DNA of 64,000 nucleotides from Ramazzottius varieornatus (taxonomy: Eukaryota; Animalia; Tardigrada). Under the pieces are notes generated by a model. That model was not told the origin of the DNA. It did not search any database and saw only the letters and a program-made list of their open reading frames with translations. Positions 12,811-27,710 of this stretch are shown one piece after another. A program made the translations under genes and the position numbers. The stretch spans positions 2,539,826-2,603,825 of the forward strand of contig BDGG01000002.1 of NCBI GenBank assembly GCA_001949185.1, written 5' to 3'. Positions within the stretch are counted from its first letter, which is position 1, and each line of letters begins with the position of its first letter.

Positions 12811-15800
12811 ACCAAGATGCGCATGAAACGCTCGTGGGTATACCGCTTCCCGCCCTTGTATTGCACAGTTTAGGCTTGATTGAACGACCGGGTGTGCGCT
12901 GGTGCATGTCGCACGGCCGTGCAGTGTCATAGTGTGCTCGTGATGCTCTGCGAAGGAGCTGCAGGGCGTCATCCTGCGAGCGACCACCACCCAGCGGGCC
13001 GTTCTGGAATTCTGTTCCTGAACTGGTGTTCAGCCTTACTACGTGCAACGTACCGCGGCTCATTCATACAGTAGAACACTCCGCACTGACAACATCCACC
13101 GGTACTGGATATCACGGAATCAATATATTCGGAGCGGGACGCCAGAGGGTCATTCTAAACGTTTACCAATACCCGGATCGGTGGTGAATAACAATACCAA
13201 TTTCACTGAAATTAAAAATTACGGAAACTGCCGCAATAATTCCAATAATTTCAAGTAACCAAAATCCGCCGTTTGAATTGAACGTGATCGATAGTACGGT
13301 CGGCGCGAGGCATCAGCAGTTTAATTTAACGTTCTGGACTTCACGTTTATCCGGCTCTAAATGAATCTATCTCAGAGTGCGGTCAAGAGTGTGTATATTA
13401 TCCACAAGAAAACTGAAATTATTGGCACACAAGCGAGATTTTTGTTGGGAATGCAACAAAAAGAGATGAATTTGAGACAGAGGTTCAAGTAACTCCTCTG
13501 TTCAAAACTCTGATTCACGGATAGGCTAGCAAGCCAGTCCAGGGTGGGAAACCATATAGCCTATATCAAAGTTTCCGCTGCACTTGATTGACCGATTGCT
13601 TTTACACTTGAGGCGGATAATTTAATGACACAAAAACTGTTAATTTTTCGAGTCACTTGTTTACTTTGTTAGTCCATTCGGGATCTGGGAGTTAACGCAA
13701 CTTCTTTCCGTCAACTGAGCCAGCAATGCCTTAATGTCGGGCAGTTTCAACGAAGTGAAACAAAACGCCTCCAAAACACCATGAGACCAACGTAACGTAT
13801 CACATTACAATATACAATCTACCGTCTTTAAAACGGCAGAGTATTTGATCACTCTGCAGAAGAATGAGGAAGATTTTTGAGAACTGCAAAATCTCGTTAA
13901 AATGACACAGCAAATAGCCTTCCCTTTCTCTCTGTCAGCCCTTATCTGTACTGAGTGGTACTTCCACCTTCAAGCACAGCCACAGCTTTGTTCCGTTCTA
14001 AAACAAACGCAGGAAGTCCATACCTCAATTACTTTTCTCTTCCTCCAGACAGCGCTATTTTTTTGTGTAGTTACCGCGGATGAAACATTCTCCCATTGGG
14101 TTCAGGAGATATCGCGAAGTAGATTGGGTGAATACGAACGCGGAACCAGGAAGTGCATTTTGTAAAGCCAGACGATTCTAGGACATTGTATTGGAGTGCA
14201 GTAGTTTTTGCGCCATAACTCGATATATATCTCAAGCGCGACCGTAGAAAGATTGTAACTCTCCTTATGGAATCAAACCTTTCAAGATTAGCTGTTTGTC
14301 ACTGTAGAATTTTGTTGGGTCACTCAAATGCAGTCGCAATCTCTTCTAGACGAACAAATCAAAAACTTCGATGGGCCGCCGCACTGGCGGGTATCAAAGC
14401 GGATTTCTGGAATACCCTTAAAAAAAGGAATCGAATAATGGATGCTTGACACGGTAAGCCAGTCCCGAGTCATCACTGGTTGTATAGCGAACTGTTTGAC
14501 CAGGCAGTACGATCCGCAGTTCAGATGCGTCTTTACAGCTGCACGACGCACTGCTCTACAGCAAAAAGCACAGGCAACACTACCAGCCTCAGGACCAGAA
14601 AAGTGCTTTACACCATTTCCCATCGCATCCAACGCGTTCGATCGTGTCAATACATCGCACTACATCTAACATTTCCCGCATTTGCGCCTGGTGGTTTCTT
14701 AGACCAACCAAACCTGAAAATTGACCACGAACCGCCAGCCAAAAGGATGTAAGACAGTACGATGGTTTAAGGCTAATGTCGATCTTATGGACAGAGTGAC
14801 TCGACGTCGCACCAGTACGGAAGCGGAGCTTCTGATGCGATCAGTAAATGGAAGCCTCGGTCGGTGTCGTGTCACGAAGCGGTGATACCTAGAGCTACTT
14901 GGTTACGACGGTGCGTATTGTTCTGCAATGAAACTCGTCTGATAACTGTTGCTGAACAGGAATATGACTAAGGAAATACTACGACTGTCCTTGCGTAATC
15001 GGACCAGTGAGGATTTAAAAGGGATTCAGCATTTTTGAATCGCCGTTGGTTAAAGTACTGTGTTCAAAATTCAGCCCTACCGGCTGACTATTTTGAATAG
15101 TTTATCGATTAGTAACACACAGAGGCATACTGTGGCCTTATCGATACAACCGCTAATCAAACTTTTGAACCGGTATGCATTGTGTACATTGCAGCACCGC
15201 CCTAGGTGATCCCAGTAACTGCAACCGTCGGACTGATGTCTTCTATTAGTTTCGATGCACTGATGTCATAGATTGCTCCGCGTGGTATGCCGGGATTGTA
15301 CTGGCTGACGGTACGTGACCGAGATTGGAAGAAATACTACTCTATAGGTTACAAATGAGGTATTTAACTGGGAACCCTTGAAACAGACACCAGCAAATTT
15401 TAAAACTCGTGATTTCCGGGTTTGATGTCACGGAATACCGGTAATCCCACCCTGTCACTTGCTCCCAGCTTTTCCATCTTGCCGTTTCCACCCTGTACTT
15501 CCGGGATGGGAATTTCCACTTCTCGTATATCAGAGCCATTTAGGGTGGTCATTTTTCCACCATTTCCGGCCCTACCCGACCCGTGCTCCGATTACCACCG
15601 TGCCCATTGTGAGCACACCATCACACTTTTCCTTCCCCCACAATTTCCATTGTGTTCGAACTGCATCTCTCTTTGCCTTGTCTGGGGTCTTAGTACCAAA
15701 ACGCAGTTGGTGACCATGGGCAAGTAGGACTCCAGTACGGTGGAAAAAATCCCTACGATTTTGGATGGGTTTTCTGGGCGGAGCTTCACTTCCCAAATAA

Positions 15801-15990
15801 TGCATAGGCGAAACTGATCTCTCTTCTGTACCTGAATCTCTTTTCTAGTCAGAGAGACTGCTCGCCATGCTTCGGCACAGCTGCGAATTGATTACTTGAT
15901 AAAGCAAGTTATAGCGCGGCGTAACTTCGACCTATGATTTGGTGTGCTCTGTCATGAACGTATGGCTACCTGAAAGCGAAATCATTAAAT

Positions 15991-16263
15991 TATAGAAGGC
16001 TCGGCGAAGCTAAAATAAGCCGTTTTAGCCATTCTTAGTCGTGGCTCAAAATATTTTAGCCGCGGCTAAAGCAGCTAAAATACTTTTAGCCACGGCTGAA
16101 ATGTATTGTGCGTTCGAATGATTTATTGATACCAAAACTATTTTAGTCGATTCAACATCAATAAATCAATCGTACGCACAATACATTCTAGCCGCGGCTA
16201 AAAGCATTTTAGCTGCTAAGAACGGCTAAAACGGCTTATTTTAGCTTCTTCGAGCCTTCTATA
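15991..16263. mobile_element. Fold-back (almost fully palindromic) MITE
   Basis: TATAGAAGGCTCG...CGAGCCTTCTATA termini, with inverted symmetry continuing through most of the element (TAGCCGCGGCTAAA motifs). Confidence 0.85.
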
Positions 16264-19200
16264 CATCAAATCCGGTCCCATGTCTCGCACGTTGCGACTG
16301 CGGTGCGATGCGAAGCGAATAAAATCCGCTTATGCCAAGGAGCATGGTAAAAGCGCGTCTCGCTGCAGTACAGCTTATGTATGCGTTATCCCGGCACTTT
16401 CTGCGCCTTCTTCCCACCTTTACTTCGAAATCCACTAGCACCTTACATAGATCTGGCATAGAGCTGGGTGTTAGAACAAGAGCAGAGCTGTTCTTACCGC
16501 TGAGGTATGCACGTTTTCAGATCACCTGATCACCCAGCTCGTGAAGAATATGGTGTAGAGTCAAGTGGACGGTCTGTCGACTGGTGCACGGTACGATGTG
16601 AACTGCACAGTGAGCGCGCGAGTATATATGGGTTTGAGGTGAATGATCGAGCTTGGCTTGACAGGGCGAGAAACGCCAACTTTACATGGTCTGTTGCTTC
16701 TCAGAAATCATTTGAGAGTCCTTAACTACAGCGGTCAGACGGATTGCTGATTTTTGAATTGCGAGGTTTGTCAGATAGTTCTTGGACATCAAAAGTTACG
16801 AACAAACACGAAACTGAGCTGAATGCGGGGCTATGCTGGAGCTATACCGTGGTGCAGCACAGAACGCTATCATCGCGAGGAAAGAGCGATGATCGCGCCG
16901 AAGGCATGTGGCCCCACTTGGCACACTTCGCAATAGTGAATAACAGACGCTGGAGATGCGCGAGTTGACACGGGAAGCGCGCATTACTTTTGCACAAGTG
17001 GCTTGCCATCGGAGTCGAATTTCTCTGTGATGGCGCGCTCATCTACCATGAAGCGATGGTTGCGACGGACGTATTTCGCCCCGGCAGAATAGGCGCTTTG
17101 TCGCCTTGTTGTCATAAGGCTTTGATCGCGCCGGCTACATTCGGACAGATAAATTTTTCTGTTACTCGACTCAAAGTGCACCAGGTTTCGAGGTTTGAAT
17201 GCAAGTGTTGTCTCTGGGTCTTTAAATCTTTGATATCAGTCTGGAAACAGTCTGGAGTTTGTACAGTGCACGATAAAACAGACCTTGGAGAATGGGCGGA
17301 GCGTCTTGAATTCAGTCATCATCCGAACCAGTCAAACTCCCAAATTCGATTGGCTTAAACCATGGATGCCGGCAGTCAAAAAGTTCGTGCCATGATCCGA
17401 CAGTAGGAAGTGCACCGTTGACAAGTGGCGGTGAAACTTAGGGGTCCACCACTGATTTTCTGCTTGGGGGTCCGAAATTTGTTTTGGCGATCAGCTGTCT
17501 TTGGGGTGGAGGTGCAGCGATTTTTCTTCTGAACTACTGGCGGAAAGCCGAAACGCACCGCCCGGCCTCTGGGACAAGAAACCACGGGTCTGGTCCACCC
17601 CCATGATTGGCTCAGGGTTCTTATAGCGTATTACGACAGCTAAAAGTCGGTGCGAGAACCTTAGATCTGTCCTGTGTAGAGTTGAATGTCAGTAAAAGGA
17701 CTAACGGCGCATACAAACTCCATTTCTTTCTTGATGGAAGTCACTTAGCGGTAAGATCTCGCAATCTAGAAGGTACTAGTCATGGGAATTACCCCGCTTC
17801 AGTGGTCTGTAGGCCGTAAATACCATATGCACAGTACTATCCGGTGGTTTATCTACCCCTAATCCCTTCAGCCCGTATCGTCGAAAGCCTGCCGACTGCA
17901 AAACGATAGCTTTCGCTCCGCTCGAGCAGCCTAAAGGCCTGGTATCCGCAACGTGACGTCATGACCTGCTGCGCCCTGTTGCGGGCTGCGGAACGGATAA
18001 ACCAGCTGAATTTCGACAAATTTCACCCCTCTCGACTGGATTTCGGTTTCCATCTTCTGAAGAAGTTTTTTCACTCTTGCTTGGCATTAGAGGATAGAGA
18101 AACAAATTCCACACATTTTGATACCAAGATGAGCCATGTGGGAGTTGTAGGAAGCCATCGACAGGCATCCAAAGTGCATGACGGTCTTTTGCTTAAATAC
18201 GCTCTTACGATGCCTCGACGGTAACGACAAAAGCACTTTCCACCCATCTTTTATGGCGCGGAGGAGCCATCGTCATCATATGGTTACCGTCGAGCGCGTC
18301 AGAACCAGACACTTCTATCTCATATTTTACCGTTGACCACCCAACATTACTGCACGTTGCGCTGCGGTGCACAAAGTATGAAAAATCACGCTTCCAGATT
18401 TCGGTATCTACAACGTGCTTAAGCAGTCCTGAGCCGTTTCTGGACTTCCGCTACACTTTATTGAAAAAGGGCTGATGTCGTTCGATTCCCACGATGGATT
18501 AATGTGGTCGACGGGAAGATTTCAGCTCAATCGGAGTCTTCTCTGAATTTTGAGAGCCGATATTCAAAAGTACGGCATTCATGTAACGGAGCTTAAGCCC
18601 TTTTTCAATTTCGTTTCTTAGTCATAGAATATGTCAGGACATGGTGGAAGAACTTTCTCTTCATGATGGGACAGAAGCAGAGACCCATGGCAGCGCAGCA
18701 ACGTACCACCAGAACCGAAGCAAAGCCCTAAATCTAGATCTTAACAGTGATATGGGCGTTCGTGAAGACGCTGCGACACTGGGAGCGGCTGAGGCAGAAG
18801 AGGAAGACTGGCAAGATGTCTGAGGTTTGGGGTGCGGATATCGCCACAGGATGAGCAGCAAGCATTGTTGATGGCAGTCGCATAGTTGGATGGAATCCGA
18901 TGGATGGTCGACAACAATGACGAACTACGATGTAGAGGACATTATTTGGACACAGCAAATTTCGCGTCACAATGTGGACACAGTTATTCAGCGCAGTTAC
19001 TGGATAGATTGACCTGATGTTTGGTTTTCAAGATAGATGATCCCTTTATCTATCGCACTTTGTAGTCTCAAGAACATCGGATGGTCAGATCTTGTTAAAG
19101 GAGATCCCAAAAAGGGAAGGGTCTTCCTAATGTTAAAAAGCCTACAAAATCGAGGTGAGTGAGGCCACCAGAGGCGCTTGAGTCATCGTGATTAACAATT

Positions 19201-20347
19201 TGCTATACGTCACAAACTTGGTTTTAACATGGGTCTGGGTTTTACAACTGATAGGCAGCTTGAAGCCTACTTGATGACGTAATTTCGCATGATCGACATG
19301 GTCTGATGCAATACCACATTGCCAATTTTCCAATTACTTTCTCCTTCCCTTTATGTGATATTTCCATCTCCCAACCATGCCTTCCCTATCTAAGCTGAAG
19401 ACAGCATCTCAGGTATTCAAGGAGCTGTCGATGGATGCAGCTCTCCACGATGTGAATCAGGGCAAAAAGTAACTTCAGGGGAAGCCCAGCTGGCATGTAA
19501 AGCTCAAACCGCGATATTAGAAGATGCTGCAGAGCGAAATTGCAGTTCGGTATCAGCTTCAGTGTGAGTAAGATGGAACGCACTGTGGTGCCACCCTATA
19601 CCGCAACTGTGTCCGAATTCTGACGCGAAATTTTCTGTGTCCGAATAATGTCTTCTACCTCGTACTCTTTTGAAGTCCAACGGAAAAGTTAAGTACGCCG
19701 TCTTCAGGTCTTGATATTTTGAAAAACACAATACTGGAGGGCTACGGAAGAACCGATGATCAGTATGTACAACGTTCGAACCGAGAGCGTGATGGGCGGA
19801 AGGGAGCGTAATGAGGCTGGAAGAAAAGTTTCAAAGCACGTCGGCTTCCGGTACATACATAGTATATTCTTTTTGCTTAGGTGAAGCGGTCATCACGTGA
19901 TGGAGCTGATCAACGAAAGCAAGCCATTGATTCGCATTTCACAAATCAATTTTCCGTGCCATATTATTTCCTACAGTGACGCTGACAGTTTGTCCGATGT
20001 GCCAACGTCATTGCGGGCAAAAAGGGCGAACCAGTACAGTTGCTAAGGTCCATTTAGCGTTATAGTCTTCCAACTGTACAGCGCGGTAAAATCGGAACAG
20101 TGGAAACGGGGCCTCAAATCTGATTGGATTAACGGCAGGAGAAGAGCGACCCGCCTAATGATGACGTCACAGTAGAACTACAGGGCGCGTGATTATAAAG
20201 GCTGATGGCCACATCAGACCGTATCAATCAAATCAAAACTCTAGAGTTTTGATCATTGATCAGCAGTGTTTATATTTCCCATAAAGCTGGTGCAGCTCCA
20301 GAGTCTAGCCGTTTATGAATTTAATGCTATATAACTATTACTACGGG

Positions 20348-21289
20348 CAGTATTGTTCCGATTATTGTAATACATAATTGGAAATGGCTGATTTTGGCCT
20401 TTTCGGAATTCTGATACAACAATTCAAATTGAGGACGTTTTGCCAACGTGTATGGATATTAATCGGAATTCAAATTCAAATAGGAAATGATCAGAGTATT
20501 TTGATTCGTAATTCGAATTACACAATGGCTTAGTTGAAATCAGCACAATTGGAATAAGACACTACGGTCGATTTGAATTAGCGCATTATTACCGCGAAAT
20601 CACAAGTTTAAGTTCGCCAATCAAATCTACAGCTCTCAGCATCAAGCCCGCAGTGCAATCCGCCAATTCAGAGGCCAGCACATCGAGGCTTATTTTCGCA
20701 GTCTGACTCTCACGAGTGCGTATCATTGATCATGGATTTGATGAGGAGATAAATTCGTTAAGCATCGTCGGAAGTGAAGCCATAGAATTTTCTAGTGACT
20801 TTGTGAAACGTTCAGGATCCATCGCTGATCTATTATTTTCAGACTGACATCTCAATCATCTCCGCAAGAATCAGAACAACGGAAAGCGGAAGTTCGATGG
20901 CAGAAGACGGGTAAGAAGCCTTTCACGAGCACATCTTCCAAAGAATCCGTCGAGGACTTGAATCCTCTGACAATTCCGTGCTTCCACCGTCACCATCTGC
21001 AATCAGTGAGCTGAGCATTTCTGTTGGGACTCCAAACGTTGGAGTCTCAAATGTAAAGATGTCTGCAGGGGGAAGGAAGAAGGTCATACTATATTGGATA
21101 TTGAAATTACCAAACGACGTCGTAATAGTTCAAATAATTCGAATTGCTGTGGGGAGCTGAATTTCGATTAATCCAAATCTTCAGTTCAGTCACGACGAAC
21201 TATCAGCAATTCGAATTACGGATACGCAAAGAATTTCGATTAATCGTAATTGTAATTCAAACTGCAAAAGTCTTATCGGAACAACACTG
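20348..21289. mobile_element. Non-autonomous hAT-type element (942 bp)
   Basis: TIR CAGTATTGTTCCGAT / ATCGGAACAACACTG; 8-bp TSD ACTACGGG on both sides; AATTCGAATT-type subterminal repeats. Confidence 0.88.
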
Positions 21290-22141
21290 ACTACGGGCAC
21301 TGATTTGGTCTGGAGAAGTGGAGAACGTGACGTCATACAGAAGAACCGATACGTCATGGACAAAATGCTGTGATTGAATAACTGTTAACCACAGTACTAT
21401 CAGGCACAGCTTGGGCAAGCCAGAAAAGCGTTTTACCAGGCCGCCAACTTAGGACCCCGTTAGCTTACGTGCCGGAAGCTACGTATAGCTAGGCATAATC
21501 ATGCCTTTGGCTTCTTTGAAGCTGGAAGATAGTTCCATCTCAGATCACAGTCATCGCAGCGAGATAACTATTCGAAATCCAGTGAAAGGTCTGTGCCACA
21601 GCCAAGTTCGACGATCAGCTGATTACGATGATCATACGATTATAAATGTACAGCAGAGCAACGTCATCACTGTGCGTTTCAGTGAGATCATTTTTATGAC
21701 GTCAAGACCAAATTAGTGCCCGTAACAATTACGCAAAAATTTAATTATTTCTGCTGTTGCTAACGAAAGCGTGAGCCGGCGTGTTGAATGCTCCATTTCC
21801 TGTCAAACTTGACACTCAAGACGAAGATTGCGCCCTAACAATGACTTTGGAAGCGCTTTGTCGTCGACCTGCGTCACAAAATCGCACAGACTGTATGCAG
21901 AATACTGTCGCAACCCGGGCATTCTCCAGCTGCTGAGAACGATTGTCCGCTACAAATAAGAAGAACAGCGTTCGCACAGTGGTGCTGTTTTTGACCTGAG
22001 GTCGTGACACTCAGATATTATTTGGAACTCAAAATGTACTGTAAGCAAATCAAAACCTTCAGAGTGTTAACGCACAAAAGGTGAAATTGTTTGTAACTAG
22101 ACGTGTACGGCAACTGGACTGTGTTCCATCACAAGAGTTTA

Positions 22142-22742
22142 AGCTCTGCTTCATCTGCCGGTGCGTAGTACTTTTGGTACCCTGACCGCGCCATCGTTCA
22201 TCTTTCCCACAATCTGAAACGGCCATAATTTTTGTATAGCTCGTGGGGACCGAATGGCCGTTACAGAAAGTTGAGATCAGCTCTTGGTCATCCCGCTACC
22301 NNNNNNNNNNNNNNNNNNNNNNNNNNNNNNNNNNNNNNNNNNNNNNNNNNNNNNNNNNNNNNNNNNNNNNNNNNNNNNNNNNNNNNNNNNNNNNNNNNNN
22401 NNNNNNNNNNNNNNNNNNNNNNNNNNNNNNNNNNNNNNNNNNNNNNNNNNNNNNNNNNNNNNNNNNNNNNNNNNNNNNNNNNNNNNNNNNNNNNNNNNNN
22501 NNNNCCCGGGACTGATTCCGCGTACGACTCCGTACAGGGCCGTACATTATGGGTATCAGAGATCCTATCAGCTGATCTTCCCCGGTAGCGGGATGACCAA
22601 GAGTTGGTCTCAACTTTCTGTAACGGCCATTCGGTCCCCACGAGCTATACAAAAATTATGGCCGTTTCAGATTGTGGGAAAGATGAACGATGGCGCGGCC
22701 AGGGTACCAAAAGTACTACGCACCGGCAGATGAAACAGAGCT
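22142..22742. mobile_element. Long-TIR MITE with TA TSD (spans an assembly gap)
   Basis: About 160-bp inverted repeats (22142-22300 versus about 22584-22742) flanked by TA; N-run inside. Confidence 0.8.
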
Positions 22743-25700
22743 TAGTCATCAAGAGGTTCGAATCTTGCCAGTATCGAGAGACTTCGGTCCTTCCTCCGTT
22801 TGTTTGGTATGAGGCGGATCAATTGGTACCATAACAGTGAGCCCACTCCAAAGAAAAACGTTACGGCCCACCTTTCCAGAGTTAGAGGAGTTGTAGAGAA
22901 CGCCATCCCACCCACTTCCACCACAACCACGTGTGTGATGATCATGATCACCCACAGCACGGGAAAGTACAAATTCTTGAAGATGCCCTTGAAAACGTTA
23001 ACTTCGTTGTGGATACAGCGGGCGTTGATGAGATTGAAGGATGTCATGATAACCAGTGCACTGAAGACCAATGTGTAAATCTGACTCGGTCTTTAACCCC
23101 CAACATGACCGACTTGACGATCTTCATATACGTCAAAGTACTTTGGACCTACACGGAATTCCAACAGCAGCATCAATCCGAAACTGAGCCGACCTTGTAC
23201 AGTAATTACCGCAATAAAGTATGCACAAAAGGACGATCGACTGATAGATGCCCTGTCCGAAGATATTCTTGGCAATTGTCGAGGAGATCAGCCGTTTCTT
23301 CCGCCTATACGGCTATCTTTCGAGCAAGGCTTGAATAGGTGCCCCGTTGGCTAAAGCTAACGAACCTAGCGTGTCTTGTATCATGTTGATCCAGAGCGTA
23401 GGAACTGCTTTTAATGGAGTACCCTTCAAGAAGAAGAACGTTAATTAGTAACAACAAGCAAAGCTCAGATCGTTTTCCAGATCGATCGGCTAGATCGTTT
23501 TCCCAGGTGGCGCGTATATTCAGTATTGTTGACTGGACGCATGCGCCACTTTGAATGACGATCTGGTAGACTTCGTTGCCGAGTTCCCAGTTCAGATGTG
23601 TGGAAAAACTTTCGCTCACCTCAACAGTGCAAGCAGCGACGATTGCAATACTCAGCGCTGTCACATTAACCGTCAGCTGAAACTGTTCCTGCCCCACATG
23701 ATGGCAGTCACGATGCTGCTGAAATTGTCATCGGTGATGATGATGTCCGAAGCTCTTTGGCCACATCTGTACTAGCGATACCCATGGCAAAATCCACTGC
23801 AAAACATCACGTCCGTTCGGATCTTTGGTAAGTTCGGGGAGCGTACACCGTACGTACCGTTGGCTTTCTTCAAAGCAGGAGCGTCGTTTGTGCCGTCACC
23901 AGTTACGGCCACTACTTCGCGAAATTTGGAGACTTTGCTGTTGATGATACCGTCGACCAGCGTGTACTTGTCTTTAGGTGTCGAACGTGCTAGAACCCGT
24001 AATCTTGGCCAGACCAAGTCCAGCTTCTCCCGACTAATCTGAAAACAGGCCATACCAAACAAATGCGATGCTTCGAACTTTGCACAGTGCATTATACTAA
24101 CCTTTCCGGAAGCGTCCGAAATTTGCCTATTGAACTCCTGTCCTTCCATCACCAGAGCGTTGCCTTTGTTATCATCCGTTGCTTGGCTCGGTATGGTGCC
24201 ACATTTCCGGGCAATGGCTCGAGCTGTGTTCACGTTGTCCCCAGTGACCATCCGCACAGTCACACCAGCCTGTTAGCATCGTTGAATGGCTTTGGGCACT
24301 TCCGGACGCACAGGGTCTTCGATGCCAAAGATACCCAAACAGGTCAACCTGGATACCACCTATCAACGCGAGAGATCCGTCTCAGTCAACAAAACACGAT
24401 GTGAACAAAACACGATATGAATTTAGCCACCTCGGATTTGTTTCCAAAGCCTAGCGGTACTTCACCCAGTGTGTCTTTGTAAGCCACACAGATGGTTCGA
24501 AGACCGTTGGAAGCCATGGCGGTAATGACTTTCTCGGTGATAATATCCGCTTCCCGGTTGGTTAAAACCAGTACCGTTCCGTCAGCCTTGCCAAGATGGG
24601 TGCATTTTGCCAAGACGATTTCTGCAGCGCCCTTGCAAAAGACTCTCCAGCCATTTTGAATTTTTATGACAGTGGCCATGGACTTGCGCGTCGAGTTGAA
24701 CGTGTACACTTTCACAAAGGACTCTTCCGGATGACAGGTCAGAATGGCACGTAGTCAGTACCGATGGAGTGGACAAACTGCAACAAGGCGCAGTCCGTCC
24801 TGTTACCGCGTTACTCCGGCATCCTACCGCTAGTGGATGGAACCACCTCCGAACCGTATCCGCTGTTGATAGCTATGGCTTTGCACAGTAGGTTCGGACC
24901 AACCGACACCTCGAACGGAGCACATCTAATTGAACGTACATATATAAAATGGATTCCTCCATGAAGTTTGCCCGCCTTTCTGTTATTTGTTAGTTTCAAG
25001 TTACCTCCAAACCAACATTCGGTGATGGCCATGTGATTCGTGATTAGAGTTCCCGTTTTATCTGAGCAGATCGTTGTGGCTCAACCCATCGTCTCACACG
25101 CAAACAAGTGGCGCACCAGGTTTTTGTCTTCCATCATTTTCCAGGCGGAACAAATGTCACACTGTCGTGTCTTTGAAAGTGAGGTAAACACACGATAAGA
25201 AATTTTGAGCCAGTATAAATAAAGGGGCCCGGGGGAAGAGACGGCAAGATGGAAGTTCAAACGTAGAAAAGAGTTGAAAAGTGTATCACTGTGAATGGAT
25301 CGCTTACACATGTGCTTCCGTACCGCCGTAGCGAAAAGGCCTGCTCTGTAATTTTTACTGGCCAGTAATTTCTCGTGTTGCGTGAAATCCTTTACCTTGG
25401 CGGAAAAAGCCAGTGTTAAGGTAACGGCCAACGGTAGTCCTTCAGGGATGGCGCTGACCAGAATGGTGATGCCTGTCACGATGGCGTCTGTAATAGTCGT
25501 TATGTCGCTAGTACACCATGGGTTCTTCAGGGTACCGTTGTTATAGACACAGAAACGTATTATGATGATCACTAAAGTTGCTGATGCGCAAGCGAACCCT
25601 AAAACAAGACACATCGCACTTAATGTTCAGTTTTTTAAGTTTTCTGAAGTTGCGGTATTAGGGAAGTATTGTTATCTTGCGTACTGAGTGATCTTTTTGT

Positions 25701-27337
25701 ACGCCATGATGCTCAGTTTATTCTGGAAGACGGAGTGATTTTCTTCTTTTCGTTCAGCATCATCCGAAGGTACTGAATGTAGTGCCACGTTGTCGGACTT
25801 GAACGAGCTGGTAGTTCTCCCTTCCATGCCGTTCTCGATAGCTGCATTGCTTCCCGAAATTACGGCTACTGCAGCAGTTTTCTTGATATCCTTGTCCTTC
25901 TTCTCTTTGGGATTGTGTTTAACGACCACGACCAAAATTTTGTAAATTTTTCCGGTTTGCGAGCTGAGTCCCACAGCCAGAACCAACATTTCCCCCGAGC
26001 CTTCGATGACGTGCGTGCCTAAACGATGCGAAGACAAGCCGAACAGACACATGTGTTGACGTCATTCTGGAAGACTTGGCGCGGGATTGAGTAGCAAGAC
26101 AAGAGAATAAACGTGGTTTCGAAAGCTTTATCCACTAGCTACCGTATACAGACTGATTTCTCCATTTCACGTCCAACAAGAATGCAGAGATCGATATGTT
26201 TTGTTTCATTATTACCTGAAAGTACTTTACAGTCATCGTTCGCATCTTTGCGCACAGAATTAGATTCTCCCGTCAGGCAACTTTCGTCCAACATCAGCTC
26301 CTCACTTTGCAGAACGATACCGTTGGCGGGAACTATGTCTCTTGTGAAAACTTAGACCTGTGAATACGGTCAACAAATATCAACTAATTAAGCCGGTCCT
26401 TACCGTACTTAAGCTGGCAGACATCCCAACAACGAGCTGTTGGACAGGAATTGACGCGGCTGCGCCATTCCGGATAACCGACATGCGGTGTTCTTAACTG
26501 ACTTCATTCTGTAAAATTTGGAACTGTCGTTTTTTCCCGTAGTCGTTGGCCGCACTGACCAGTATTATGATCAGCGCCCCAACAATGATAGCCAAGCTTT
26601 CAATCCAGTTGTGACTACTGTTTTCCGCTGAAAACAGATACGGTGGAATTCAAAAGACTTCGCTTGATAATTTGATTTGTATGACAACATGGACATGCGA
26701 CGAACGAACTGACCAGAACGCAGTTTGCTGTGGCGCACCTTCTCATTGTTGTTGGCTAGAAGTGTGCGCCATCTGGGAAACGATCTGTTTCAAATGTCTT
26801 GCACACTTCCTACTCACTTAGCCTACCTCCGGCGTCAAACGTGCTCCAAATGGCCAAACACAATGTCACGACGGCGGCCACCTCTAGAATTATCAACGTT
26901 GGTTCTTTCAACGCCTCGAACAACAGCTTGGCGAAAGTCTTTGATTCCTGACAGTGATGACGTTTGGTCCGTAGAAACTGACTCGACGTGAGACTTCACC
27001 TACGTCAGCTGATATTCCTGCGTGGTGAATTTCCATGAGGTACACACCAACAACAATGAATGACTTCATGATGAGCGGAAAACAAATTTGTATGATTACA
27101 AGTGCAGAGTGCGCGCATTTCTGTACCGTCAGTTGGGGATGTTTCTAGCAAAGCGCAAAGGTCGAGAATCGAACCGTACTCTACTTGCACTTTGGCTCGA
27201 ACTTCTTGTCTGGAAACTTTCATCAACTTGGACAGGGCTTCGGATGGGACCCGTAAATCTCTAGGCGGTTCTTCTATTAAGACTTCCCCTCCATCTTTCG
27301 CCAGACGGGACAGTCGCCGGATAAGGAAGTTCTCCAT
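22742..27337 (-). pseudogene. Plasma-membrane Ca2+-ATPase (P2B, PMCA) unprocessed pseudogene
   Basis: PMCA motifs: [91 protein letters not shown]. Lesions: in-frame TGA at 25081-25083, frameshift near 23753 (AKE/ASDII), loss of the VYDSISKFL-equivalent segment near 23688, frameshift near 26945, and a further TAG near 23310. Confidence 0.9.
25190..25385 (+). mobile_element. TA-type MITE family T1, degenerate copy inside a PMCA intron
   Basis: Shares the core CGTAGAAAAG..GAAAAGTGTAT.ACTGTGAAT...CCGTACCGCCGTAGCGAAAAGGCCTG with 28421-28628 and 63766-63971. Confidence 0.7.
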
Positions 27338-27710
27338 TATTCCTCGCGTAAATGGGCACATTCTGCACCTTCTTGCCATCAGACCAGTGTGTAATAATCT
27401 GGACAATTATACAGCGGTGACAACTTACGATTCTGAAGGCAGTCTGCGTCACATAGCAAAGGAGTGAAGAACTGACCCGATCAGAAGAAAACATGCACGA
27501 AGCGAACCAACGACAGCGCAGTCTAACTTGCTGTTGCCGACTCGCTGCTAAGAACTGATGCAGTACCCCAGAGCCTGGAGGCATGACTAGTGGGGGATCC
27601 ACTCACTTTGAACACACACCTCGGTGGTGGGAGATGGAGTCTGGTCAATCGCTGTTGCACATTAACGCACACCACTCAGCGATCTTCGCTGGTTTTTTCG
27701 TGATTGAAGA

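Noticed and set aside
16270-18830. Possible decayed coding sequence (broken frames, acidic ORF ending EEEDWQDV)
   Set aside because: No recognisable motif or consistent splice model; it may be a transposon relic but cannot be supported.
22232-22733. ORFs crossing the N-run
   Set aside because: Artefacts of the assembly gap inside an inverted repeat; the gap near 35097-35146 also sits in a small palindrome.
25081-25083. In-frame TGA in PMCA as selenocysteine or readthrough
   Set aside because: The same gene has several frameshifts and another stop, so pseudogenisation explains it.
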